Below are positions 49,433-60,536 of a DNA stretch of 64,000 bases, one piece after another. The notes under the pieces were generated by a model. It was not told the DNA's origin. It did no database searches and saw only the letters and a program-made list of their open reading frames with translations. Position 1 is the stretch's first letter, and each line of letters begins with the position of its first letter. The position numbers and the translations under genes are program-made. This DNA comes from an uncultured Chlamydiae bacterium (GTDB taxonomy: Bacteria > Chlamydiota > Chlamydiia > Chlamydiales > JAJFMA01), in contig CAVQMM010000001.1 of NCBI GenBank assembly GCA_963713615.1, positions 192,001-256,000 of the forward strand, written 5' to 3'.

Positions 49433-50809
49433 ATGGATACAGAAGCGCTCGCGCGTTTACAGTTTGCTGTTACCATCATGTTTCACTATCTCTATCCGCC
49501 TCTTAGCATAGGCCTTGGGGTGATCATGGTTGTTATGGAAGGCATCTACCTCAAGACTGGTGATGAAAAATTCAAAACTTTTGCGAAGTTTTGGACCAAG
49601 ATCTTTGCACTGACCTTTGCTATGGGAGTAGCATCAGGGATTGTGATGGAGTTTGAGTTTGGAACTAACTGGTCTCACTATAGCCGCTATGTGGGTGATG
49701 TTTTTGGAAGTGCATTGGCTGCAGAAGGGCTTTTTGCCTTCTTTCTAGAGTCTGGCTTTTTGGCCATTTTGCTATTTGGCTGGGACCGTGTGGGGCCAAA
49801 GATGCACTTTTTCTCCACACTGATGGTGTGTTTAGGAGCGCATTTCAGCGCCGTTTGGATTGTGGTAGCTAATTCTTGGATGCAGACACCAGCCGGTTAT
49901 CACATTGTGGGGGAAGGTATTAAAGCGCGTGCTGAGATCGTGGACTTCTGGGCAATGGCATTAAATCCATCCTCTGTTGTGCGTTTAGCACATACGGTGG
50001 TGGGTTGTTGGCTCGCAGGGGCCTTTCTGGTAATCAGCGTTGGAGCGTTCTACCTATTGAAGCAACGCCATGCAATATTTGCGCGTGCGACACTAAAGGT
50101 TGGCTTGGTCTTTGCCATCATCTCCTGTCTGTTGCAGGCTTACTTGGGCGATCTCAGCGGCAAGATAGTTGCTAGGTATCAGCCTGCCAAGTTAGCCGCA
50201 TTAGAGGGGGTTTATAAGACTGAAGCTGGGGTTCCCATGTACGTGCTTGGGTTGCCTAATACGGCCGAAAAGCGCGTAGAGTATGCCATCAAGATCCCTA
50301 ACATGCTCAGCTTTCTAGTGTGGGGAAACTTCCATGCTACCATTCAAGGTCTTGATGCATTTCCAGAGCAGGACTGGCCCAAGGTGCCATGGGTATTTCA
50401 GAGCTACCACTTAATGCTATATATGTGGACCGCGATGTTGATCTCGTCCCTTCTGGCCCTATTTTTTTGGTGGCGTGGAACGCTTTTTAGCAAAGTATGG
50501 TTTTTACGCGTTCTTGTGGCCTCTGTCTTATTTCCTCAGATTGCTAACCAAGCCGGCTGGATGGCTGCAGAAATGGGACGCTATCCATGGATTGTCTATA
50601 ACCTTTTACGCATTTCTGAAGGTTTGTCAAAGTCCGTTCATAGCAACCAGATTATTGGTTCGCTCATTATGTTTACGTTGGTCTATTTCCTGTTATTTGT
50701 TCTGTTCATTTACATGTTGGATCACAAAATCAAGACAGGACCGGCCGATGGTGATACTGTAACCCCCTTTCCTTCCAAAGAAGTCTATTTAGAGGAGCTT
50801 GAGCGATGA
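49433..50809 (+). CDS. cydA: Cytochrome bd ubiquinol oxidase subunit I
   Basis: [40 protein letters not shown]. Confidence 0.96.
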   Translation: MDTEALARLQFAVTIMFHYLYPPLSIGLGVIMVVMEGIYLKTGDEKFKTFAKFWTKIFALTFAMGVASGIVMEFEFGTNWSHYSRYVGDVFGSALAAEGLFAFFLESGFLAILLFGWDRVGPKMHFFSTLMVCLGAHFSAVWIVVANSWMQTPAGYHIVGEGIKARAEIVDFWAMALNPSSVVRLAHTVVGCWLAGAFLVISVGAFYLLKQRHAIFARATLKVGLVFAIISCLLQAYLGDLSGKIVARYQPAKLAALEGVYKTEAGVPMYVLGLPNTAEKRVEYAIKIPNMLSFLVWGNFHATIQGLDAFPEQDWPKVPWVFQSYHLMLYMWTAMLISSLLALFFWWRGTLFSKVWFLRVLVASVLFPQIANQAGWMAAEMGRYPWIVYNLLRISEGLSKSVHSNQIIGSLIMFTLVYFLLFVLFIYMLDHKIKTGPADGDTVTPFPSKEVYLEELER

Positions 50810-51843
50810 GTTTAGGTATTGAATTGCCACAGCTTCAGTTCATTTGGTTTACGGTTTTTGTCACCCTATTGGCTGGCTATGCCATCCTAGATGGTTTCGA
50901 CTTGGGCGTAGGTATGCTGCATCTCTTTGCCGACAATGACAAGGAGCGACGGCTGATGCTGAATACGATTGGACCCGTCTGGGACGGCAACGAGGTATGG
51001 CTTGTGACTGGCGGAGGAGCGCTATTTGCAGGTTTCCCGCAGGTGTATGCGAGCTTTTGTTCTTCCTTCTATATTCCGATCATGGTGTTACTGGCAGGGA
51101 TTATTTTTCGAGCGGTAGCTATAGAGTTCCGCAGCAAGCAGCCGATGTTGTGGTGGCGCTGGTCTTGGGATATCGCTTTTACCACGGCTAGTGTTGTCAT
51201 TGCTTTGGGCTTGGGGTTAGTTATGGGTAACATCATTCGAGGAATACCCTTGGATGCTGAAGGGGAGTTTTTAGGGCACTTTGGGGATCTTATTAATCCC
51301 TATTCGTTATTGGTAGGGGCTATGACAGTGGCGCTCTTTGCCATGCACGGAGCCATTTATGTGTTGATGAAGACTGAAGGCGCGCTTCATGATAGGGTGA
51401 GAGGGTGGATTAATCCCACAATTATTACTTTTATCATGTTGTATGCTGGAACGACAGTGGCGACGCTAATTTACCAGCCGCATATGTCGGAAGCTATTCG
51501 TGAACGCCCGGTATTTTTTTTGGTAGCGATTGCAAACATGTTTGCTATCGCGAATATTCCGAGAGAAGTTTCGTTGGGTCGTGATGCGCAAGCATTTATT
51601 TCTTCCTGCTTTAACATTCTTTTTCTGTTTGCTCTATTTGGTGTAGGGACCTATCCCGTGGTACTTCGTGCTGTCAATGATCCAGCCCTTAGCTTGACTA
51701 TTTTTAATAGCTCTTCGTCGGCACTGACCTTGGAGATTCTTCTGCTGATGGCTGTGGTAGGCGTTCCCTTGGTTGTTGCCTATACCGTAAGCATCTATTG
51801 GATCTTTCGTGGCAAGGTACGCTTGGACGACAGTAGCTACTAA
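50806..51843 (+). CDS. cydB: Cytochrome bd ubiquinol oxidase subunit II
   Basis: LDGFDLGVG, GPVWDGNEVWL. Confidence 0.96.
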   Translation: MSLGIELPQLQFIWFTVFVTLLAGYAILDGFDLGVGMLHLFADNDKERRLMLNTIGPVWDGNEVWLVTGGGALFAGFPQVYASFCSSFYIPIMVLLAGIIFRAVAIEFRSKQPMLWWRWSWDIAFTTASVVIALGLGLVMGNIIRGIPLDAEGEFLGHFGDLINPYSLLVGAMTVALFAMHGAIYVLMKTEGALHDRVRGWINPTIITFIMLYAGTTVATLIYQPHMSEAIRERPVFFLVAIANMFAIANIPREVSLGRDAQAFISSCFNILFLFALFGVGTYPVVLRAVNDPALSLTIFNSSSSALTLEILLLMAVVGVPLVVAYTVSIYWIFRGKVRLDDSSY

Positions 51844-51905
51844 AAGTCAAAAGGAGAAGTGTATCGAGCACGAATGGCAAGTTCCACTAGCCCCAATGAG
51901 AGGGT

Positions 51906-52814
51906 CTAGTGGCTATAGCCTACCCGGAGGTGCTTGATGTAATAGTCGCAATGACACGTAATGGTATTCCATTGTCTGCGTGTGAAGTGTGGGAAGTAAT
52001 GATAGCTGGATGCAGGTACTGTTCCGCAGCAGTCATGGACATTATTGAATAACGAATAGACATGCCATCCTGCCCAAGTTTCGTCATAAGGGCGAACACC
52101 GCAGACGACGCCGACGGGCTGGCAGGCCGGCTGGCAGCAGACCGGCTGGCAGCAGCATCCTCGTCGATTCATTCGACGATTGTTACGGTTGACGCAGACT
52201 GGCTCTGGCGCACAGCAGAACATTTCTTCATCGTCGCAGCAAGGTGGATCTAGTTCACAAGGCACAGGAGCATAGCAGTAGCCGGCTTGAGGCATACCAT
52301 AGTCACAGTTAGAGCCCATCATATTGCAAGGATACTGCTGACAGCCATTACCCATCGGTTCACAGTCGTAGCCATAGCCCATAGATTCGCCACCATAACC
52401 GTAACCCATCATGGGTTGGCGGCCGCCCATGGACTCATAGCCATAACCCATAGGCTCTCCATAGCCCATGGATTCATAGCCATAACCCATAGGTTCGCCA
52501 TAGCCTCTATTTGATGGCGTTCCTTGTGGCTGCATCTGGTGATGTGTGCATGGACCACCAAAGCGGCAGCCACAGTCGGCTGGGCAATTGCACTCTGGTC
52601 CGCAAGGACAATGGCTTGCCGTTGCATAGTTTCTACCCCTGTTCTTGCAAGGACATTCAGCTAACCGAAGAGCTCCGTCCTCCTGAACTTGTAAATCCGA
52701 TAGATTATAAACAATGGTTCGGGGACCTACAGCCGCATGAAGAGTCTCCGTACTCAAAAAAGCGATACAGGCCATGAGGAACATTGCGCATAAGGAAAAA
52801 AAACGATGAAACAT
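51906..52814 (-). CDS. Secreted Cys/Gly/Tyr-rich protein with internal tandem repeats
   Basis: Signal-like MFHRFF..LHA; CPC/CGC/CCC clusters; GYGEPM-GYGYESM repeats. Confidence 0.7.
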   Translation of the reverse strand: MFHRFFSLCAMFLMACIAFLSTETLHAAVGPRTIVYNLSDLQVQEDGALRLAECPCKNRGRNYATASHCPCGPECNCPADCGCRFGGPCTHHQMQPQGTPSNRGYGEPMGYGYESMGYGEPMGYGYESMGGRQPMMGYGYGGESMGYGYDCEPMGNGCQQYPCNMMGSNCDYGMPQAGYCYAPVPCELDPPCCDDEEMFCCAPEPVCVNRNNRRMNRRGCCCQPVCCQPACQPVGVVCGVRPYDETWAGWHVYSLFNNVHDCCGTVPASSYHYFPHFTRRQWNTITCHCDYYIKHLRVGYSH

Positions 52815-52887
52815 AGTGAGCACCTTGTTAAGAGTTTCCTGTGCCGAATTAATCCGATCATGCCGTTTCTCGTCAAACAAAAACTTA

Positions 52888-53400
52888 CTATTCAGGTGAG
52901 CTTATCGAATTTTGTCTTGTTACACGTGCCCTCATCTCAGTTTGGCGCCTTTCACGCCGAATACTAGCTTGGTCATAGCGGCGCTTTTCGACGTCACTTT
53001 CAGGCGTCACAGGCGGGACCTCTGTCGGTTTGTGGTTGTCGTCAACGGCCACAAAAGTAAAATAGGCGGACAGGATGTGCTTTTGTTCGCCAGTGGAATA
53101 ATGCTCTGCAAACACGGCCACGCCAATTTCCATTGAAGTACGCCAAGCATGGTTGATCGATGCCTTAAAGATTAGTACATCGCCTCTGCCTGCTGGAGCC
53201 AGAAAGTGCATGGAATCGACCGCGACGGTCACACACAGACAGCCTGCATGACGCTCAGCGACCACTGCGGCTGTACGATCCGCTAGACCCATCACCAGGC
53301 CACCAAATACGGTTCCGTGGGAATTGAGATCGTTCGGAAAAACTTTATAAAATTGGTCCTCGATGGATGTTTGTCGGACAGTTTTTGCTCTACGCGTCAT
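52888..53400 (-). CDS. Acyl-CoA thioesterase (hotdog fold)
   Basis: PNDLNSHGTVFGG, VTVAVD, RTSMEIGV, YFTFVAVD. Confidence 0.9.
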   Translation of the reverse strand: MTRRAKTVRQTSIEDQFYKVFPNDLNSHGTVFGGLVMGLADRTAAVVAERHAGCLCVTVAVDSMHFLAPAGRGDVLIFKASINHAWRTSMEIGVAVFAEHYSTGEQKHILSAYFTFVAVDDNHKPTEVPPVTPESDVEKRRYDQASIRRERRQTEMRARVTRQNSISSPE

Positions 53401-53650
53401 CGTTTTAGCCCTCCTAAATTTATAAAAACTTTAATCACTGTACGGATTTATGGCCACTTTCCTGTAAAGAGAGCCAGGGCCGTTCATCACACCTATTGCG
53501 TAGTTAAGTCATCTGTGCGCTTTCAATGATATAATTTACAATCCTTACACCATCTTAACATTAATAGGGTCATGTTTGACATTTAACGTGTATGTGTAAT
53601 AGCATTACGTCCCTATTTCGAAACTCCGATAAATATAAAGGGGGTTCCCA

Positions 53651-54211
53651 ATGAGTGAACGCAACTTCACAAACCAACGTTACCCGAATCTACCGGACGC
53701 TCCACCGCTTGTGGAGGTGACATCCTTTTCGGATGCGAGTCCTTATCATGTAGGGTGTGATTCGGCGCAGCAGCAGAGTTTTGTGATGGCAGGGCTGAAA
53801 AACATGGCCTGTCTATTTATTGCGGAGCAGTCAAAATTAGCGGTTGGCAAGTTGGATTTTAGCATAAAGAGCTTGCCGGTTGTGGATGCAATACTTAAGG
53901 AGTTTTGCGCGAACAATTCACAGCCTACACGGGAGGAATTGGAAGTTTTTGTCAGTCAGGCAGGAGCTTATGTAGGCACATGTCTAGAGTATCATTATCA
54001 TGGTCGACAGGTGGATGCGCGTTGGCATCCTAGTTTCCCAAAGTATTATTTTTCAAGTTTTCGCTTTCCTCTGCTGAATGACCCCAACAAGATATTGGTA
54101 GAGACCAATCCATTCTCAGTGGTGACGCGCCGATTGGTGCAGACTTTGCACAACGAGGAAAAAACACGTCACCCATCGCTGGTTGAATACGCCAAGATGG
54201 TAGTGACTTAA
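53651..54211 (+). CDS. Hypothetical protein
   Basis: 186-aa ORF with purine-rich RBS; GAYVG motif. Confidence 0.6.
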   Translation: MSERNFTNQRYPNLPDAPPLVEVTSFSDASPYHVGCDSAQQQSFVMAGLKNMACLFIAEQSKLAVGKLDFSIKSLPVVDAILKEFCANNSQPTREELEVFVSQAGAYVGTCLEYHYHGRQVDARWHPSFPKYYFSSFRFPLLNDPNKILVETNPFSVVTRRLVQTLHNEEKTRHPSLVEYAKMVVT

Positions 54212-54270
54212 TAGAATTTTCACGCACCCTGGTGAGCCCTACAACCTAGCTGGGCTCACCTTTATAGTTT

Positions 54271-54473
54271 GTGTCGTTTTTAGGAGTAACACGGATGAAC
54301 ACGGATCTAGGAGGATTTAGGAGGATAGGATTTTAGAAAGTCGGATTTTTCCAACGAAAATTTCAAAAAAAATATAACGGGTTTAGGATGAGTTTCGAAA
54401 TCATTCCTAATCCATCCTATCCTCCTAAATCTCCTAGATCCGTGTTCATCCGTGTTACTCCTAAAAACGACAC
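54271..54473. repeat. Palindrome with AACACGGATGAACACGGAT arms between convergent genes
   Basis: About 60-bp near-perfect inverted arms around an AT-rich centre. Confidence 0.88.
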
Positions 54474-54482
54474 GCACCGTTG

Positions 54483-55409
54483 CTATTCTAGAGCCATGTT
54501 GCCTCTATGATAGACCTGGAGTTGGATATAGCCTTTTCCCTCCAGCGATGGACTCGAAAAATAAGCCTGATTAATGTAATCAATAGTCGTTTTCACAAGG
54601 CTGGGGAGGTCGGCATGACGCCCTTCTTGGCTATCCATACGAACGATATCGCCTGGGGCATTTGTATCGAATAGGACGAAGTCTGGCGCGATAGCCTTCA
54701 AGAGCATGCTATGGCTCACCTCCATACCCCCAATAATGTTGACGTAAGCCGTCATGAAAGCATTAGGATCCGCAAGGGGCGTTAACTCAGCAGTCAATAG
54801 AGCAACGATGTCGTCTAGCTGATTTTTCAGGTCTAAAGGTTGATTAATGGACTTAGCTAAATGAGCATCGCCGAGCAGCTCACTTAGATTGCTTTGAAAG
54901 TCTGCTCTCAAGCTTGCGGCATCGACACCGTGGGGAAGATCCTGGACGCCGAGCATTTCCAGATTGACGACATGGCGAAATAGTTCGGTATAAGTGAGAC
55001 GCATGACATCGAAAGTGATGACATCCTGGGGGTTTGCAGCAGCGACATCGGCCGCGGCGGACTGGATTGGGCTGGCGTAGATGACCTTTTGAATGGCAAA
55101 CATTTGACCATTACAGGTGCCCTCTTTGGGTAGCTTACTGACGATATAGGGAATGGGATCCCATTGGGCAGGGTGCAACGCTTCGAGCCACACGCGATAA
55201 TAGAGATGCTTGTCGATATCGCTAACAGCTACTCTGATCTTATCTTCAAGGCTATCAACCGAGCATGGATTTTCCATTATCTTGACACTCTCTGAAGAGG
55301 CCACCCCATTTTGCCAAAAAGCACTGATTACCCAACCAGCACCGATCAAACCGATTATTAGAGCGAATACCGACTTAATGATTGGGGAATTGGACATCAT
55401 AGACCTCAA
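54483..55409 (-). CDS. Hypothetical protein with N-terminal TM/signal segment
   Basis: 308-aa ORF directly downstream of ade. Confidence 0.6.
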   Translation of the reverse strand: MRSMMSNSPIIKSVFALIIGLIGAGWVISAFWQNGVASSESVKIMENPCSVDSLEDKIRVAVSDIDKHLYYRVWLEALHPAQWDPIPYIVSKLPKEGTCNGQMFAIQKVIYASPIQSAAADVAAANPQDVITFDVMRLTYTELFRHVVNLEMLGVQDLPHGVDAASLRADFQSNLSELLGDAHLAKSINQPLDLKNQLDDIVALLTAELTPLADPNAFMTAYVNIIGGMEVSHSMLLKAIAPDFVLFDTNAPGDIVRMDSQEGRHADLPSLVKTTIDYINQAYFSSPSLEGKGYIQLQVYHRGNMALE

Positions 55410-57061
55410 GGTGTGGCAGTTATTGTTGGGAAAGTAAGATGTGTAAAGGCGAAGGTATCGACGTTAAAAAGACCTTTATCACCTAGCTTGAGCGAAGGAA
55501 TGACTAGTAAGGTCAGGAAGGAAAGACTCATAAATGGCGCTTGCAGTGTTGTTCCGAGGGCTTTTGCTTCTGCATCAATCGCCTCATAGCGGGCGGCCAC
55601 GCTCCATCCGTCATCAGGGCTCATCAAACCTGCCAAGGGCAGTGAGAGCGTTGAAGTTTTGGCGTTACCTACGACAGCTATGCCTCCACGTTCTTGGATA
55701 ACAGCATTCACCGCTTGGCAGATTTCTTCATCGTTGCAACCCACGGCCACGATATTATGTGAATCGTGGGCTATGCTAGAGGCTAGTGCGCCAGTGCGCA
55801 AGCCGAAGTTTTTGACGAAACCGACAGCAGGGGGAGCATCGCTGTAGCGGTTGACGACTACGAGCTTAAGGATATCGTTTGCAACATCAGGGATAACATA
55901 ACCATCTTTAACCGTTGCTTGAACGACCAACTCTTTGGTGATCAATTGACCATCCAAGACCACGATGACACGCAAATTGTTCCCTTTGGCCTTTACCTTG
56001 AAGTCTGATGGACTTTTTGGACTCGCACTAAAGTTATTGATGACATTTACCGGCACACGGTCGATCAAGGACTTTCCGTAGTGTGCGACCAGTTGACCAG
56101 AGATATAGGTCTGCTTAACGTGAAAGTTCTCGAGATTTTCGACGACGATGAAATCAGCGCTATCACCTTGTTTTAGACTACCAATTTCGAGACCATAGTG
56201 CTCGATAGGTGTTAGGCAAGCAGCACGTAGAACGTCGAAGAGGTCGTGACCTTTGTCTGTGATGGCACGTCTGACAAGACCATCGATATGACTTTTGGCA
56301 AGCTCATGCGGATGCTTATCATCGCTGCAGAACATCACTTGCAGGGGATTCGATCGGATAACAGGATGTAGGGCATCGAAGTTTTTGGCGGCAGAGCCTT
56401 CGCGTATGAGAATTTTCATTCCGTTACGCAACTTATCAAGGGCTTCTTCGAGGCTAAAACATTCATGGTCCGTGGTGATTCCTTCACTAGCATAGCGACG
56501 TGCTTCATCGCCTGTTAACCCTGGAGCATGACCGTCGATCGGGCGTTTCAGCTCTTTAGCCACAGCTAATTTAGCCATGACATCGAGTTGCTGGTTGAGG
56601 ACACCCGGAAAATTCATCATTTCGCTGAGATATTTTAGGCCATCTTGCTCAAACAAGACGCGAATATCTTCGGCGTCGATGACCGCGCCTGCCGTTTCAC
56701 AAGAGGTAGCCGGGACACATGAGGAGGCACCAAAGTAGAAATGAAAGGGCACCTGCAGGCCATTATGAATCATGAACCGTATACCTTCCATTCCCAGGAT
56801 GTTGGCAATTTCATGTGGATCCGAGACCGTACCAACCGTTCCATGGACTACAGCCATACGGGCGAACTCGGATGGAGCTAGCATAGAACTTTCCACGTGG
56901 ACATGGGCATCGATAAAACCAGGAAGGATAAATTGGTCATACTTAGCATTGGGCGTCGGCGTAATCGAAGCGATACGTCCATCAGCCACGGTAACCTGAC
57001 CGGCAAAGATCTGTCGCTTGGGAATATCGACAATATTTCCTTGGAGAACGTGTGATAACAT
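55406..57061 (-). CDS. ade: Adenine deaminase
   Basis: PGFIDAHVHVESS, DPHEIANILG, DGHAPG, TDHEC, REGSAAKN, CSDD, AHDSHN. Confidence 0.95.
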   Translation of the reverse strand: MLSHVLQGNIVDIPKRQIFAGQVTVADGRIASITPTPNAKYDQFILPGFIDAHVHVESSMLAPSEFARMAVVHGTVGTVSDPHEIANILGMEGIRFMIHNGLQVPFHFYFGASSCVPATSCETAGAVIDAEDIRVLFEQDGLKYLSEMMNFPGVLNQQLDVMAKLAVAKELKRPIDGHAPGLTGDEARRYASEGITTDHECFSLEEALDKLRNGMKILIREGSAAKNFDALHPVIRSNPLQVMFCSDDKHPHELAKSHIDGLVRRAITDKGHDLFDVLRAACLTPIEHYGLEIGSLKQGDSADFIVVENLENFHVKQTYISGQLVAHYGKSLIDRVPVNVINNFSASPKSPSDFKVKAKGNNLRVIVVLDGQLITKELVVQATVKDGYVIPDVANDILKLVVVNRYSDAPPAVGFVKNFGLRTGALASSIAHDSHNIVAVGCNDEEICQAVNAVIQERGGIAVVGNAKTSTLSLPLAGLMSPDDGWSVAARYEAIDAEAKALGTTLQAPFMSLSFLTLLVIPSLKLGDKGLFNVDTFAFTHLTFPTITATP

Positions 57062-57124
57062 GGGTACCTCAAGTTTTCCTCATCCTACCCATGACAATTT
57101 TTAAACGCAAAGGTGCAGAGGAGA

Positions 57125-57417
57125 GCGGATGGACTAAAAGACCAAAGGGACATGAAAGACATAAAGAGGTAATTGCAAAATTATTTGAGCCCTTGAGAAT
57201 CGATTCTCAGAAAAAAAGGTTACCTTTTTATGCGAGAAGGCGATTCTGGAGAGCTCAAATGCCATGGCCTGTTGCAATATCGACCCTTCGGGCCTGGGAA
57301 GAGAATGACTCTCTCTTCACCGGCATCCGATTTTCAGGAAATTGACTTCGGAGAATCGGACTTCTGCAATTACCTCTTTATGTCCTTTTCGTCGTTTTGG
57401 TCCTTTCGTCCATCCGC
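57125..57417. repeat. Short version of the nested palindrome (composite 3), with an empty IS110 target
   Basis: GGAC-periodic and GAGGTAATTGC outer arms; inner layers absent; CGACCCT-TC-GGGCC at 57281-57294. Confidence 0.9.
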
Positions 57418-57527
57418 GCGTAGTATGAATACCCTTGTCGAAATAGACCTAATGCGGGAAAATTAGAGTTCCCAAAATGGAAACGTCGCCGGTTTGGTGC
57501 GTTTCATCCTCTACCAAGGAGTGAAGA

Positions 57528-60260
57528 GTGAAACATTACGTTGCCATGATAATTCTGTTTCTGGTGAAGACGACACTCTGGTTTCGCTATCGAGTCCATT
57601 ATAAGGGTCTGGAGAATCTCAAACCTGAAAACCTAAAACATCCCGGCGGTATTCTTTTTCTGCCGAACCATCCCACCATAGTGGTCGATCCCTCTCTAGT
57701 GGTCATTGGTGTTTACAACAAGTTTCCTATTCGACCAATCATTGTAGAGTACATGTTTTATAGCCCTGGGGTAAATGCGCTCATGCGTTTTATGGATGCT
57801 ATTCCGATACCCAACCACTTTTCTAATACTAACAGTCTTAAGCGTAAGAAGAGTGAGAAGGCGCTAGATACAGTTATTGAAGGCGTTAAGAATGGCGAGA
57901 ACTTTTTGATTTATCCGGCCGGCAAGGTAAAACGCACTAATTATGAGATGATTGGTGGATCTTCAGGGGTTTATAGCGTTATTGAAAAAGCTCCGGAAGC
58001 CAACGTTGTGTTGGTGCGTGTGACCGGTCTGTATGGAAGCATCTTTTCCTCGGCCCTTTCGGGAGGTCGAGTGCCCGACATGTTCCCTACTGTTTGGCGG
58101 GGTATCAAAATCGTCCTAAAAAACTTGCTGTTTTTTACTCCGCGTCGCGACGTGACGATAGAGTATGTACCTGCTCCTGCGGATTTTCCATGGAAGGCTC
58201 CTAAATTGGAGTTCAATAAGTACTTAGAGCATTGGTACAACAGGCCTGATGGACTTAATCCGATATTGGCGTGTGAGAAGCTTCCCGGTGAGTCTTTGAA
58301 TCTGATTAGTCATAGCATGTGGGGGAAGGATTTTCCTGCTGTGGAGGCGCCGCTTAGTGTACCTAAAGACATCGATATTTCGCGAATCCCTGAGGCTGTG
58401 CGTCTCAAAGTGTATGGGCTGATCGCCAAGTTGGCTGAACGCGACGTTGATAACATCGAGCCTTTCATGAACCTTTCTTCCGATTTAGGACTGGATTCTT
58501 TGGATGCCGCGGATATACTTGCCTTTCTACAAGACAATTTTGGAGTAGAAAATGTACCACCCAGTGAGCTAACAACGGTTGAGAGATTATTGGCCATTGC
58601 CGCCAAGGAAGTTGTCTTTGAAGTAGAAGATGACCAGTTTATAGCGAATACTAAGAAGTGGATGCAACCCTCTGAGAAGATCATGCAAGCGCAATTAGCA
58701 CCCGGAAAAATTATTTCAGAGGTCTTTCTAAATAACTGTGCGCGATGGGGAAACCGCATGGCTTGCGCGGATCCACGCTCGGGGATGATGTCGTATGCTA
58801 AATTGAAGTTGCGCGTCGTTTTCCTTGCGGAGTACATTCGTAAGTTGGAAGGTAAGTACATTGGGATTATGCTTCCGGCAAGTGTGGCAGCATCTGTGTG
58901 TATTTTGGCGTGTCAAATGGCTGGCAAGGTACCATTAATGGTAAACTGGACAGTGGGTCCGCGCCATCTGGAGTCCGTCGTGGGCATTTCGGGCGTAAAG
59001 CATATTCTCAGTGCATGGTCATTCTTGGACCGTTTGGAGAATATTGAACTTGATGCTATCGAGGACAAGCTGATTCTGCTGGAAGATTTGCAAACACAAG
59101 TCTCTTGGCTGGACAAGGTCAAAGCTTTTTGGCGTTCGAAGCAGTCGACAAAAACCCTTTTAAAGAAGTTTGGACTGGATGGTATCAGCGAGGAGAGCGA
59201 GGCTGTCTTGCTGTTCACCAGTGGTACAGAGAGCCTTCCAAAGGGGGTGCCTTTATCGCATAAAAATATCCTAAGCAATGAGCGCGGATGTCTGGAGGTG
59301 TTAAACGCTACTTCAGAGGACATCCTGTTGGGTATTTTGCCACCGTTTCATTCTTTTGGTTTTACCATTACATCACTGATTGGCTTGCTATCCGGTATGC
59401 GAACAGCATTTTCCCCTGATCCGACTAATGGCAAGCAAGTAGCAAGGGCGTGTGGAATGTGGCGTGCTTCGATTATTTGTGGCGCACCAACATTTCTGAA
59501 ATCCTTTTTGCGTGTGGCACAAGCCAGTGAATTGACTAATGTACGCTATTTGGTGTATGGCGCCGAGGCGGCACCGCCAGAGCTGCTGCAGCTAAGCGCT
59601 AAGCTCAACCTCGGCCCGTGCCTGCTAGAAGGGTATGGGGTCACAGAATGTTCGCCTGTATTGACGATGCACCATCCAGGGCAAGGTTCCGAAGGCGTTG
59701 GTAAGCCTCTGCCGGGCGTTGAGGTGTGTATTGTCAATCCAGAAACACTAGAGCCAGTGCCAATCGGTCAACAGGGGCTTGTATTGGGGCGAGGCCCCAG
59801 CATCTTTAAGGGATACCTCAATCCGGGGTTGGCATCGCCGTTTGTTAATGTAGGTGGGGAAAGCTGGTATTCAACCGGTGATTTGGGCTTTCTGAATATT
59901 CAAGGTACCCTGACTCTTACGGGACGTCTGAAGCGCTTCATCAAGGTAGGTGGCGAGATGGTCAGCTTAGGAGCACTGGAAGATGTGCTTTTAAAATATG
60001 CTGTCGCCAAAGGATTACCCATGTCCGAGGATAGCCCCACCCTCGCCGTAGTTGCCGAGGAACGCGAAGGTGAGAAGCCCAAGGTGTGTCTCTTTGCGCG
60101 TTTTCATACGGATCTGGAGGAAGTCAATGGCTCCTTACGTCAGGCTGGCTTCAGCAACCTTGTGAGGGTTTCTGAGGTGAGGCACCTGGCTAGCATCCCT
60201 ATCATGGGATCAGGCAAGGTCAACTATCGTGAACTGAAAGACCTCATGGTTAAGGGCTAG
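57528..60260 (+). CDS. aas: Aas-like acyltransferase / acyl carrier / acyl-ACP synthetase
   Basis: PNH and IYPAG acyltransferase motifs; DLGLDSL ACP motif; FTSGTESLPKGV, EGYGVTECSP, YSTGD. Confidence 0.85.
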   Translation: MKHYVAMIILFLVKTTLWFRYRVHYKGLENLKPENLKHPGGILFLPNHPTIVVDPSLVVIGVYNKFPIRPIIVEYMFYSPGVNALMRFMDAIPIPNHFSNTNSLKRKKSEKALDTVIEGVKNGENFLIYPAGKVKRTNYEMIGGSSGVYSVIEKAPEANVVLVRVTGLYGSIFSSALSGGRVPDMFPTVWRGIKIVLKNLLFFTPRRDVTIEYVPAPADFPWKAPKLEFNKYLEHWYNRPDGLNPILACEKLPGESLNLISHSMWGKDFPAVEAPLSVPKDIDISRIPEAVRLKVYGLIAKLAERDVDNIEPFMNLSSDLGLDSLDAADILAFLQDNFGVENVPPSELTTVERLLAIAAKEVVFEVEDDQFIANTKKWMQPSEKIMQAQLAPGKIISEVFLNNCARWGNRMACADPRSGMMSYAKLKLRVVFLAEYIRKLEGKYIGIMLPASVAASVCILACQMAGKVPLMVNWTVGPRHLESVVGISGVKHILSAWSFLDRLENIELDAIEDKLILLEDLQTQVSWLDKVKAFWRSKQSTKTLLKKFGLDGISEESEAVLLFTSGTESLPKGVPLSHKNILSNERGCLEVLNATSEDILLGILPPFHSFGFTITSLIGLLSGMRTAFSPDPTNGKQVARACGMWRASIICGAPTFLKSFLRVAQASELTNVRYLVYGAEAAPPELLQLSAKLNLGPCLLEGYGVTECSPVLTMHHPGQGSEGVGKPLPGVEVCIVNPETLEPVPIGQQGLVLGRGPSIFKGYLNPGLASPFVNVGGESWYSTGDLGFLNIQGTLTLTGRLKRFIKVGGEMVSLGALEDVLLKYAVAKGLPMSEDSPTLAVVAEEREGEKPKVCLFARFHTDLEEVNGSLRQAGFSNLVRVSEVRHLASIPIMGSGKVNYRELKDLMVKG

Positions 60261-60283
60261 AGAAGGAAGAGAGAAAAGAGGAC

Positions 60284-60536
60284 TAGGAATTTTTATCACA
60301 GAGGACACAGAGATTTAGAACAGAGAGGATTTTTTGTTTTAGTGTTTAAGAACGGTCCCTGGAGTCCATTATTGTCCATAAGGTCCATGTTGTCCATTAC
60401 TGTCCATGAAGCCTAGGCGTTAATGGACAATATGGACCTCATGGACAATAATGGACTCTATGGACTCGGACCGTTTTTAACACTAAAACAAAAAAACACT
60501 TCTCTCTTTCTGTGTCCTCTGTGGTAAAAATTCCTA
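60284..60536. repeat. Palindrome with CACAGAG arms and five GTCCAT units per arm
   Basis: GTCCAT at 60364/74/83/92/60402, ATGGAC at 60423/32/41/51/60, centre GCCTAGGC. Confidence 0.9.

Noticed and set aside
54221..54478. CACGCACC direct repeat as a TSD around the ACACGGAT palindrome
   Set aside because: It is not symmetric with the palindrome ends and overlaps the right arm; may be chance
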